From: Anaerolineae bacterium
Lineage (GTDB): Bacteria > Chloroflexota > Anaerolineae > CG2-30-64-16
Assembly (NCBI GenBank): GCA_034433275.1
Contig: DAOUAT010000463.1
Location: 1,090-33,089 of the forward strand
Reading direction: 5' to 3'
DNA length: 32,000 nt
This document shows, in pieces, positions 13,671 to 22,302 of the stretch; the stretch's first letter is position 1, and every line of letters begins with the position of its first letter. Position numbers and translations under genes: made by a program. The notes beneath the pieces are model-generated. The model was not told the origin of the DNA. It was given only the letters and a program-made list of their open reading frames with translations, and ran no database searches.

Positions 13671-16600
13671 TGCAATACCTCCTCGAACAGGACGTCAATC
13701 TTCGCCAGGACCTGCGCGTCGGTATAGTGCATCAGTTGAATGGCCCGGGCCGGGCAGGCCGCCGCACACGAGCCACAACCGTGACAAAGGGCCGCCTCGA
13801 TCTGCGCGGCGCCCACGATGCCGCCAACGCCGGTGAGCGACGCCACTACGCGCGGGGCATCATAAGGGCAGGTGCGCACGCAGGTCAAGCAGGCCACGCA
13901 GCGCGCGTCATCCACGACCGCCACGCGGCCGCCGACCTCAAGGGTATCCTTGGAAAGGAGCGTGGCCGCGCGCGCTGCGGCCGCCTGGGCCTGGACGATG
14001 CTCTCCGCCAACAGCTTGGGATAGTGCGCCAGGCCTGCCATAAAGATGCCCTCGGAGGAGAAATCCACCGGCCGCAGCTTGACGTGCGCCTCCAGGAAGA
14101 ACCCCTCCATATCCACCGAGACCTTCAGCCGCTTGCTCAATTCGCGCGCACCTTCGCTGGGCACCACCGACATGCTCAACACCAACAGATCGGGCCGCAA
14201 GACCATCTCACGGCCCAGGGGCGGCTCCCAAACTCGCACCTCGAGGCCGGTAGATTGATCAGCCGGTAAATTCAGTAGATCACGATTTCGATGCTCCAAG
14301 CCGGTCTGCCCGCCCTGGCTACGCCACGCGGGCCAGGGTGACCAGCGGTTGAGGGTCACAGACCCCCTCTGAGCCTGAATCTGTGCTCCACTGACATTCA
14401 TAGACTGGGCGCCAGACAATGTGTTGTGCATCGCAGATCCCTGGGCGGCGATTGTCACCTGGGGCTTACGATCGAAGTCGTAGCGCACAAAGCGCACTCC
14501 GGCCCGCCGCGCCTCGGTATACAACCGTTCCTTGAACCCATAGGTGCGGATGTCCCGATAGAGCACCGTGATCTCCGCGGCGGGGTTAAGCCGTTTGAGC
14601 ATCAGCGCGTTCTTCAGCGCCGTGGTGCAGCAGATGCGGGCACAGTATTGCTCGGCCGGGCCAACACACTGGATCATGACAACGGATGACGGGTGCTGGG
14701 TATCCGGTATTGGGGAATGCTCAATACCTGATGCCCGATTTGCCAGCCACGCCTCGAACTCTTGCTGCGTTAGAATCCTCGGGTCGCTCCCATACCCGTA
14801 CTCGTTCCCGCGATACTCCTGGCCGCCGGTAGCGACGATCGTTGCGCCGTGGTACACCTCGAAACGGCGGAAGGTGGCGCCCAGGTCCTGTTGCAGGACC
14901 GACGTGAAATTGCCCTGAACCCCGCCAGTCTCCACCAGCTCTGTCTGCAGATGGAGGTTGATCAACGGATGGGATTCGACGCGATGGATCAGGCTGGTCA
15001 GGTACTCATGAACATTGGATATCTGGCATTGGGTATAAGAACCAACATCCACTACCGACTGCCCAAGACCATGTTCCAACCCCAAGTCGCGCAGCGTGTA
15101 GTGCACCTTGCGCAGGTTGCCCCCCAATTCCCTGCTCCGCTCCGCCAGGTGCACCGGGAAGCCCTGTTCGGCCAGGGTGAGGGCAGCCGTCATGCCCGCC
15201 GCGCCGCCGCCGATGACCAGGACGCTCTTGCAGGTCGTCAGCGGCGTCGTGTGCAGCGGCTGGAGCCGGGCCGCGCGCGCAACGGCCATGCGCACCAGCT
15301 CCTTGGCTTTGGCTGTGGCTGTCGGCCGGTCGTCGGAGTGTACCCAGGAGCACTGGTTACGAATATTGGCCATCTCGAATAGATACGGGTTCAGCCCGGC
15401 CGCCCGGATGCTGCTCTGGAACAGCGGCTCATGGGTCAGCGGCGTGCACGACGCGACGACGACTCGATTGGCCCCTAACTCCTTCACTTTCTCGGTGATG
15501 TGTATAATGCTGTCCTGCGAGCAGGTATAGAGATTGTGCTCGGCATGGATGACGTGGGGCAGCGAACGAGCATATTCGGCCACCGCGGGCACATCCAGAA
15601 AGCCGGCGATGTTCGATCCGCAGTGGCAGACGAAAACAGTTACCCGCGGCTCCTCATGGGTTACATCGCGCTCCGGCGGGTATTCCGGCACACGGGTCAG
15701 CGTGCCGCGCGCACGCGCCAGCAATGCGCCAGCCGCGGCCGCCGCGCCGCTCGCCTCCACCACCGATTCGGGGATATCCTTGGGTTCGCGGAACGGGCCG
15801 ACCGCGTAAATGCCGGGCTTGCTGGTCTGCAATGGATCGAACAGAACAGTGTGGCAAAAGCCATAATCATCCAACTCAATGCCCAGTCGCTGCCCCAACT
15901 CCCGCACCTCGGGGGCGACCTCCATGCCAACGGAAAGGACGACCAGGTCGAATTCTTCCTGACGAATAGGCGAGTGGGCGAATGGCGGATCTATCTCCTG
16001 CTGATGCGCTGGTTCGTCCACGTAGCGCAAGATCAAATTGCCGTTGGCCGGGTTCTCTTTGAGCGCCGAAATGCGACAACGGGTGTACTTGATGCCGTAT
16101 TTCTCAATCGCCCGCCGATAATAGGGCTCATAGCCTTTGCTGAAAGCGCGCATGTCCATCATGAAGACATGAACTTCCGTGTCCCGCTCGTGTTCGATGG
16201 CCATGATGGCCTGTTTGGTGGCGTACATGCAGCAAACGGCCGAGCAGTAATCGTGCGACCGGTCGCGCGAGCCGATGCACTGCAAGAACGCGATCTTCCG
16301 CGGTCGGCGACCATCTGACGGCCGCTTCACATGTCCCATGGTGGGACCGGAGGCGCTCATCAGGCGTTCCAGTTGCAACGCGGTGATCGCGTTGGGATAG
16401 CGGCCCCAGCCGAACTCCTCTGCAAGCTCGGCCCGATAGACCTGATAGCCCGGGGCCAGGATGACCGCGCCGACGTTGAACTCGCAGGTGCGTTCGACCA
16501 TATCATGGTCAACCGCGCCCACGCCACACTTGTACCAGCAGCTCAAACACTCGGAGCAGATGCCGCAGGCCAGACAACGGGCAGCCTCGGCCTGGGCCAG

Positions 16601-18553
16601 CTCGGCCGTATAGCCCATCTCAACTTCAGCAAAGCCCTTGACCCGCTGCTCCGGCGGCAGTTCGGGCATGGGCACGCGCGGGGTGATCTTGAGCTCCCCA
16701 CGCTGGATGCGCTCGGCGAGCTCGGCCTGGGTCAGCTTGACCACCGGGAGTTCGGGTTTCGGCTTGGGCTCCAACGCTTCTCCGCGCAGGTAGCGGTGGA
16801 TGGACTCGGCGCACTTATGGCCGCTGGCGACCGCCTCGATCACAAACGCGGTACCGCTCACGCTGTCGCCAGCCGCAAAGACGCCGGGCCGGGTGGCCGC
16901 GAAAGTGTTGGGGTTTATCGCAATGGTGCGTTTGGCGGTCAGCCCCACCCCGGCGTCGGCCGGGATAAACGCCAAACCGGCCCGCTGGCCCACAGAGAAG
17001 ATCACCACGTCGGCCGGCAGCACGTGCTCTGAGCCGGGTACCGTCTCGACCGAGAGCCGGCCCTGGTCATCGAACTCGAAATGCGCTACGCGACGGCACT
17101 CGACACCGCCGGCCCGGCCATTGCTGCCTTCAACCACGCGTACGAAGGTGCGATCGTTGTGAATGACGATCCCCTCATCCAGCGCGGCCTGCACCTCCCA
17201 GGCATGCGCGGGCATGTTCTCGCGGCCTTCCAGGCATGCCATCTGCACCTCGGCCGCGCCCAGGCGGACGGCGGTACGCGCCACATCAATCGCCACGTTG
17301 CCGCCGCCCAGCACCAGCACCCGCTTTCCCTGTATCTGCGATCGGGGATCAGCGCCGACTGATTTACTGAACGCGTCGCCGCCCTGTAGGACTCGCTGAT
17401 TCGCTGATTCGTCCCTCAGCTCGGCCAGCCGCACGTCGCGCAGGAATTGGGTATTGATCAGCACGCCTTCAAGGTTGTTGCCGGGAATCGGCAGGCGAAC
17501 GCCTTCGTGTGCGCCAACCGCAATGAGCACGGCCTTGTAACCCGCATTGAAGAGATCGTCCAGGTTGACAATGGTGGTGTTGAGGCGCAGCTCAACCCCC
17601 AGGTCAACGATATCCTGCACCTCGCGATCCACGATCCAACCTGGCAGGCGATATTCGGGCACGCCGACGCGCAACATGCCGCCCGCCACCGGCAACGCCT
17701 CGAAAACCGTCATCGGGTAGCCCAGCAGGGCCAGGTCTTGTGCCGCGGTCAGGCCACATGGCCCCGCGCCGATGATCGCCACCCGCTCTTCGTACTGCTT
17801 GGGGACAGGGTCACGGGGCACGCGCGGCTGCGCGTATATCGTGTCAGTGACGAAGCGCTTGAGCGCATGGATGTTGACCTGGTCATCCACTTTGCCGCGG
17901 TTGCAGGCATCCTCGCAGCGATGGTTGCAGATGCGGCCACAGATGCCGGGGAAGGGGTTGTCCTCCTTGATCACGCGCAGGGCATCGTCGAAGCGGCCCT
18001 CGCGGATCAGCGCGATATAGCCTTGCGCGCGCTGGTGCGCCGGACAGGCATCGCGACAGGGCGCGATCCCCCGCTTCTCGATGACGTAGGCATTGGGAAT
18101 AGCTTGCGGGTAGAGCTTATGGGCGGCGCGTTGTTGCTTCAGGCCTTCATCGAAATGGGAGGGGATCACCACCGGGCAGACCTGGGCACATTCGCTGCAG
18201 CCGGTGCACTTCGCCACGTCAATGTAGCGCGGCCGCGTGCGCACGATCACGGTAAAATTGCCTGCCGTGCCCCGCAGGCCAGTGACATCGCTGTCTGTCA
18301 GGATTTCGATGTTAAGGTGCCGGCCCGTCTCGACCAGCTTAGGCGAGATGGTGCACATTGCGCAGTCGTTGGTGGGGAAGGTCTTGTCCAGTTGCGCCAT
18401 ATGGCCGCCGATGGCCGACTTGTGTTCCACCAGGTAGACTTTGTAACCGGCCTCAGCCAGGTCAAGGCTGGCCTGCATCCCCGCGATGCCGCCCCCAACG
18501 ACCATCACCGCCCCGATGACGTTTTCTGAAGCGTCGCGACCGTTGCCAGCCAT
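13667..18553 (-). CDS. hdrA: Giant HdrA-family flavo-iron-sulfur protein (1628 aa): HdrA FAD module interrupted by an NfnB/GltD-like NAD(P)H:FAD module, then a second complete HdrA-like unit ('HdrL-like')
   Basis: VMVVGGGIAGMQASLDLAEAGYKVYLVEHKSAIGGHMAQLDKTFPTNDCAMC is the HdrA FAD domain, and CTGCSECAQVCP is a ferredoxin motif. CRDACPAHQRAQGYIALIREGRFDDALRVIKEDNPFPGICGRICNHRCEDACNRG, RVAIIGAGPCGLTAA, KRVLVLGGGNVAIDVA and GVFAAGD form the GltD/NfnB-like part (about 16778..18073). FLQCIGSRDRSHDYCSAVCCMYATK follows. VFVCHCGSNIAG...VVVASCTPLTHEPLF...ANIRNQCSWVH corresponds to the N-terminal domain of canonical HdrA. Then KSVLVIGGGAAGMTAALTLAEQG and MIQCVGPAEQYCARICCTTALK. The C-terminus has CVACLTCVRTCP and CHGCGSCAAACP. 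Its stop overlaps the mvhD1 ATG (ATGA). Confidence 0.85.
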   Translation of the reverse strand: MAGNGRDASENVIGAVMVVGGGIAGMQASLDLAEAGYKVYLVEHKSAIGGHMAQLDKTFPTNDCAMCTISPKLVETGRHLNIEILTDSDVTGLRGTAGNFTVIVRTRPRYIDVAKCTGCSECAQVCPVVIPSHFDEGLKQQRAAHKLYPQAIPNAYVIEKRGIAPCRDACPAHQRAQGYIALIREGRFDDALRVIKEDNPFPGICGRICNHRCEDACNRGKVDDQVNIHALKRFVTDTIYAQPRVPRDPVPKQYEERVAIIGAGPCGLTAAQDLALLGYPMTVFEALPVAGGMLRVGVPEYRLPGWIVDREVQDIVDLGVELRLNTTIVNLDDLFNAGYKAVLIAVGAHEGVRLPIPGNNLEGVLINTQFLRDVRLAELRDESANQRVLQGGDAFSKSVGADPRSQIQGKRVLVLGGGNVAIDVARTAVRLGAAEVQMACLEGRENMPAHAWEVQAALDEGIVIHNDRTFVRVVEGSNGRAGGVECRRVAHFEFDDQGRLSVETVPGSEHVLPADVVIFSVGQRAGLAFIPADAGVGLTAKRTIAINPNTFAATRPGVFAAGDSVSGTAFVIEAVASGHKCAESIHRYLRGEALEPKPKPELPVVKLTQAELAERIQRGELKITPRVPMPELPPEQRVKGFAEVEMGYTAELAQAEAARCLACGICSECLSCWYKCGVGAVDHDMVERTCEFNVGAVILAPGYQVYRAELAEEFGWGRYPNAITALQLERLMSASGPTMGHVKRPSDGRRPRKIAFLQCIGSRDRSHDYCSAVCCMYATKQAIMAIEHERDTEVHVFMMDMRAFSKGYEPYYRRAIEKYGIKYTRCRISALKENPANGNLILRYVDEPAHQQEIDPPFAHSPIRQEEFDLVVLSVGMEVAPEVRELGQRLGIELDDYGFCHTVLFDPLQTSKPGIYAVGPFREPKDIPESVVEASGAAAAAGALLARARGTLTRVPEYPPERDVTHEEPRVTVFVCHCGSNIAGFLDVPAVAEYARSLPHVIHAEHNLYTCSQDSIIHITEKVKELGANRVVVASCTPLTHEPLFQSSIRAAGLNPYLFEMANIRNQCSWVHSDDRPTATAKAKELVRMAVARAARLQPLHTTPLTTCKSVLVIGGGAAGMTAALTLAEQGFPVHLAERSRELGGNLRKVHYTLRDLGLEHGLGQSVVDVGSYTQCQISNVHEYLTSLIHRVESHPLINLHLQTELVETGGVQGNFTSVLQQDLGATFRRFEVYHGATIVATGGQEYRGNEYGYGSDPRILTQQEFEAWLANRASGIEHSPIPDTQHPSSVVMIQCVGPAEQYCARICCTTALKNALMLKRLNPAAEITVLYRDIRTYGFKERLYTEARRAGVRFVRYDFDRKPQVTIAAQGSAMHNTLSGAQSMNVSGAQIQAQRGSVTLNRWSPWPAWRSQGGQTGLEHRNRDLLNLPADQSTGLEVRVWEPPLGREMVLRPDLLVLSMSVVPSEGARELSKRLKVSVDMEGFFLEAHVKLRPVDFSSEGIFMAGLAHYPKLLAESIVQAQAAAARAATLLSKDTLEVGGRVAVVDDARCVACLTCVRTCPYDAPRVVASLTGVGGIVGAAQIEAALCHGCGSCAAACPARAIQLMHYTDAQVLAKIDVLFEEVLQ

Positions 18554-18586
18554 ATCTACCTCCCGAACGGCGGCACGTCTCCTTGC

Positions 18587-19021
18587 CTAGGTAGATTTTC
18601 GTAGCGGATTCGGGCCCAGTGCCTGAATCCGGTCGGTCATCTCGCGCGCCACGCGCGCAAACGTCTCTCCCATGCCGCCGGAAACGAAGTATATCTCCAA
18701 CCGTTGGCCGCCGATCCCGATCTCGTCCAACAATTTCTTCGCCCGTTCGATGCGCTTCCTGGCCCGCTCGTTGCCTCGCACGTGATGACAGTTGCCGATG
18801 GGACAGCCGACGATGTAAACACCATCCGCGCCGTGTTCAAAGGCGTCCAGGATGTACTTGACATCGGCCTTGCCGGTGCAAGGCATCTTCACCAGCTTGA
18901 CGTTGGCCGGATATTGGATGTGCAACGCACCCGCCGTGTCGGCCGACATGTCGGCGCAATAGATGCACAGGAACGCCGTGATCTCGGGCTCGAAACCGTT
19001 GCTACTGTTATCGCTCATCAT
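18587..19021 (-). CDS. mvhD: MvhD-like protein (Cys form)
   Basis: 144 aa. ...ITAFLCIYCADMSADTAGALHIQYPANVKLVKMPCTGKADVKYILDAFEHGADGVYIVGCPIGNCHH.... Confidence 0.9.
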   Translation of the reverse strand: MMSDNSSNGFEPEITAFLCIYCADMSADTAGALHIQYPANVKLVKMPCTGKADVKYILDAFEHGADGVYIVGCPIGNCHHVRGNERARKRIERAKKLLDEIGIGGQRLEIYFVSGGMGETFARVAREMTDRIQALGPNPLRKST

Positions 19022-19079
19022 TCCCCATCCTGAAGGATCCGCTCGTCACACAGTACGCAATGGGCAGCACATGCACGTC

Positions 19080-22000
19080 TTACACCGCCCACGCGCCGGT
19101 CAACTCGCCCGCCAATTGGACATCCAGATAGGCCATGAGCTGGATGGCTTTCGCCGGACATTCGGCCGTGCAGGTGCCGCAGCCCTGACACAATGCCGGC
19201 TCGATATATGCCGCGCCCACGATCTCGCCCACACCGGTCATGTCCGGCCGGATCTGGGGAATGTCGAAGGGGCAGGTGCGCACGCAGGTCAGACAACCGA
19301 CGCACTTGCTCTGATCCACCACCGCGATCGGGCCGCCGTAGTACATAGGCTCCTTGGAGAGCAGTGTGATGGCCCGACCGGCGGCTGCCTGCGCGTTGGT
19401 GATCGCCTCCTCGATAAACTTGGGATAGTGGGCCATGCCGGCCATGAAGATCCCTTCTTCCATGAAGTCCATAGGCCGCATCTTCAGGTGCGCTTCCTGG
19501 AAGAATCCCTCGACCGACAACGGCACATCCAGAATCTGCGCCAGCTCTTCGGTGCCTGGCGCAGGAACGACCGCCATGCTCAGGGCGACCAGACCGGGCG
19601 ACAGGATCATCTCGCGACCGAAAACCTGTTCCCAAGCCCGCACCTCGAGCTTGCCGTCGGCCGCACGGCTTACCTGGGGCAGATGATGCTCGTCATAGCG
19701 CATGAAGACCACACCCCGGCGTCGCGCCTCCGTGTAGAACTGTTCCCGGAAGCCGTAGGTGATCATATCCTTGTAAAGCACATACACCTGACAGTCCGGG
19801 TTGAGCATCTTGACCCGGATGGTGTTCTTCATGGTGTTGGTGCAGCACACCCGGCTGCAATAGTCCGTTTCTGACGGCGGGTGGACGCACTGGATCATCA
19901 CCACCTGCTTGAGTTGCGTGATTTCCTCTGGACGGTGGACGATGATCTCCTCTAGATCGAGCTGGGTTACCACCCGGGGGTCCTGGCCCAGCAGATAGAC
20001 ATCCCCGCGCCATTCCTCGCCGCCGGTAGCTACAATGGTAACGGCATGACGCACCTCGGTCTCGGCATCCACAGGCCCGGCATGAGTGACAATCACTGCT
20101 TGAAAGTCGCCCGTACGGCCGGTGTGCGATTGCACTTCGGAACGCGTCAGCACCTGAATGCGCTCATGGCCGCGCACCCGGTTGACCAGGTCGCGCAGCA
20201 GGCGCTGGGGGTTTTGCCCTTCGGCCACGTAGAAGATATGGCGCAGGTTGCCGCCCAACTGGGCACTGCGCTCCACCAGCGTCACATCGAAACCCGCGTC
20301 GGCAATGGAGAGCGCGGCCTGCATCCCCGCCACACCGCCGCCGATGACCAGCGCCCGGCGCGTCGGCGTTATGCTGAGCTTCTGGATCGGCTGCGCCATG
20401 AAAGCGCGTTCGACCGCCATGCGCACCGTCTCGCGGGCTTTGCGCGTCGCGAGCTCCGGCTGGCTCTCGTGCACCCACGCGCACTGCTCGCGGATGTTGG
20501 CCATCGTCAACAGATACGGGTTCAGCCCAGCCTGGCGGATGACCTTCTGGAAAAGCGGTTCGTGCGTGCGCGCCGTGCATCCCGCAACCACAACCCGGTT
20601 GAGATTCTGCTCGACGATGGCCTGGCGAATGCGTTGCAGATCGGCCCCCTGGCAACCGTAAGCGAGCAACTCGGCATGGGTCACGCCCGGCAACCGTAAG
20701 GCGAACTCCTGGACGGCCCGGGTGTCAATCGTGCCATCAATGGCCGGCTCACAGCGGCAGATGAACACCCCTATCCGCGGCGGCTCATGGCTCACATCCC
20801 TTTCCTCCGGATATTCGTTAGCCGCAGAAAGGAATGGATATTGACGGCTGGAGGGGCTGCTGCCTACCTGGCCTCGCAACAGGCGCATCACCTCGGCGGC
20901 CGCGCCGGAAGCATCCAGGAAAGTCTCGGAGATCTCCTTGGGCGACAGGAAAGTGCCACAGACATACACCCCCGGCACACTGGTTTCCAGCGGCGCGAAC
21001 TTGTCGGTTTGACAGAAGCCGTATGGGTTCAGCTCGATGCCCAGCTCGCCGGCCAGCTCCCTAGCCGAACGCGGGGGCACCGTGCCGAGCGAAAGCACCA
21101 CCAGATCGAACCGCTCCGTGACCATCTGGCCATTGGGGCCGGGATAGTGCAAGATCAGATCCTGAGTAGCGGGGTCTTCTTTGACGTACGAGATGCGCGC
21201 CCGGGTGTACTCCACCCCGAACCGGCGCCGCGCCGACTCGTAGTAGGCGTTGAACTCCTTATTGAACGCCCGCTCATCCATCATGAAGATCTGTGCGTGG
21301 ACGCCGGGCAGGCGCTCTTTGGCAATCATCGCCTCTTTGGTGGCATACATGCAGCAGATAGACGAGCAGTAGGGGTGCTTCTGATCGCGCGAGCCAACGC
21401 ACTGCAGCCAGGCGATCCGCCGCGGACGCTGTCCGTCCGAGGGCCGCAGCACCACCCCCTCCGTGGGCCCCGAACGACTCGCCAGCCGCTCATACTGCAT
21501 GGAGTGGATGATGTTACGATAGCGGCCGAAACCGAGCTCTTCGTACTCATGGGCATCAGTCAACTCGTAGCCCAACGCCATGATGATCGCGCCAACGTGA
21601 ACCTGCGATTCGCGAGCTTCTTCCTTCAGGTCTATACATTGTGTGGGACACACAGTCGCACAACATCCACAATCGTCGCAATAGGGGCCGCGATCAATGA
21701 TGTAGGCATTGGGGATCGAGCGAACGGCCGGTTTATAGGCTGCCTTGCGCGTGGCCAGCTCCTGTTGAAAGCTGCTGGGCAGCGTCACCGGGCACACCAG
21801 CGAACAGAGGTCACAGTTGATGCAGCGCGCCGGGTCCACATAGCGCGGCTCATGGCGCAGAGTCACGTGAAAGTCGCCAGCCTGCCCGGTCACGCCGATG
21901 ACATTAGTCAGGGTCAGCACATGGATGTTCGGGTGCAGGTTGTGATCCTGGAAGGCGGGGGAGATAGCAGGCCGTGTGCAGCCGTAGCCGTGATCCGAGG

Positions 22001-22214
22001 TGCCGCGACACAGCACACAGTCGTGGGTGGGAAACATATAGCCCAATTGAGCCACGCGACCACCCAGGGCCGGCGCGGTCTCGACCAGCCATGCCTGCAG
22101 GCCAGCTTCGGCTAGATCCACAGCCGCCCGCATGCCAGCAACGCCACCGCCGATGACCATCACGTCGCCGGTCCTGCCTTGTGCGCTCACCTGAGAGAGT
22201 GGTAATTCAGTCAT
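19080..22214 (-). CDS. hdrA: HdrA-family flavo-iron-sulfur protein with two HdrA-type modules in one polypeptide (1044 aa), no NfnB-like insert
   Basis: VMVIGGGVAGMRAAVDLAEAG...DCVLC, then CINCDLCSLVCP, CDDCGCCATVCP and WLQCVGSRDQKHPYCSSICCMYATKEA. VFICRCEPAIDG...VVVAGCTARTHEPLF...ANIREQCAWVH follows. Then ALVIGGGVAGMQAALSIADAGF and MIQCVHPPSETDYCSRVCCTNTMK. The C-terminus has CVGCLTCVRTCP and CQGCGTCTAECP. Confidence 0.85.
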   Translation of the reverse strand: MTELPLSQVSAQGRTGDVMVIGGGVAGMRAAVDLAEAGLQAWLVETAPALGGRVAQLGYMFPTHDCVLCRGTSDHGYGCTRPAISPAFQDHNLHPNIHVLTLTNVIGVTGQAGDFHVTLRHEPRYVDPARCINCDLCSLVCPVTLPSSFQQELATRKAAYKPAVRSIPNAYIIDRGPYCDDCGCCATVCPTQCIDLKEEARESQVHVGAIIMALGYELTDAHEYEELGFGRYRNIIHSMQYERLASRSGPTEGVVLRPSDGQRPRRIAWLQCVGSRDQKHPYCSSICCMYATKEAMIAKERLPGVHAQIFMMDERAFNKEFNAYYESARRRFGVEYTRARISYVKEDPATQDLILHYPGPNGQMVTERFDLVVLSLGTVPPRSARELAGELGIELNPYGFCQTDKFAPLETSVPGVYVCGTFLSPKEISETFLDASGAAAEVMRLLRGQVGSSPSSRQYPFLSAANEYPEERDVSHEPPRIGVFICRCEPAIDGTIDTRAVQEFALRLPGVTHAELLAYGCQGADLQRIRQAIVEQNLNRVVVAGCTARTHEPLFQKVIRQAGLNPYLLTMANIREQCAWVHESQPELATRKARETVRMAVERAFMAQPIQKLSITPTRRALVIGGGVAGMQAALSIADAGFDVTLVERSAQLGGNLRHIFYVAEGQNPQRLLRDLVNRVRGHERIQVLTRSEVQSHTGRTGDFQAVIVTHAGPVDAETEVRHAVTIVATGGEEWRGDVYLLGQDPRVVTQLDLEEIIVHRPEEITQLKQVVMIQCVHPPSETDYCSRVCCTNTMKNTIRVKMLNPDCQVYVLYKDMITYGFREQFYTEARRRGVVFMRYDEHHLPQVSRAADGKLEVRAWEQVFGREMILSPGLVALSMAVVPAPGTEELAQILDVPLSVEGFFQEAHLKMRPMDFMEEGIFMAGMAHYPKFIEEAITNAQAAAGRAITLLSKEPMYYGGPIAVVDQSKCVGCLTCVRTCPFDIPQIRPDMTGVGEIVGAAYIEPALCQGCGTCTAECPAKAIQLMAYLDVQLAGELTGAWAV

Positions 22215-22302
22215 GCAGTCCTTCCCCCCGAGTGCGAGGTTGGATCAGATCTACCTCAGATTGTCATCCATGTCTGGCATGTTGTGTATCTCTTATCGCA
22301 CA

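Noticed and set aside
14249-14440. The HdrL-specific insertion considered as an intein or MITE
   Set aside because: At about 64 codons it is far too short for an intein and lacks the Cys/Ser...His-Asn-Cys splice-junction residues. I could not find terminal inverted repeats or target-site duplications. It is reported only as an unexplained in-frame insertion.
17393-17411. Tandem 8-nt duplication TCGCTGAT-TCGCTGAT-TCG inside hdrL
   Set aside because: It lies within the continuous reading frame (region ...RDESANQRV...) in a linker of the NfnB-like module. It is too short to interpret and is probably slippage-derived sequence of no independent function.
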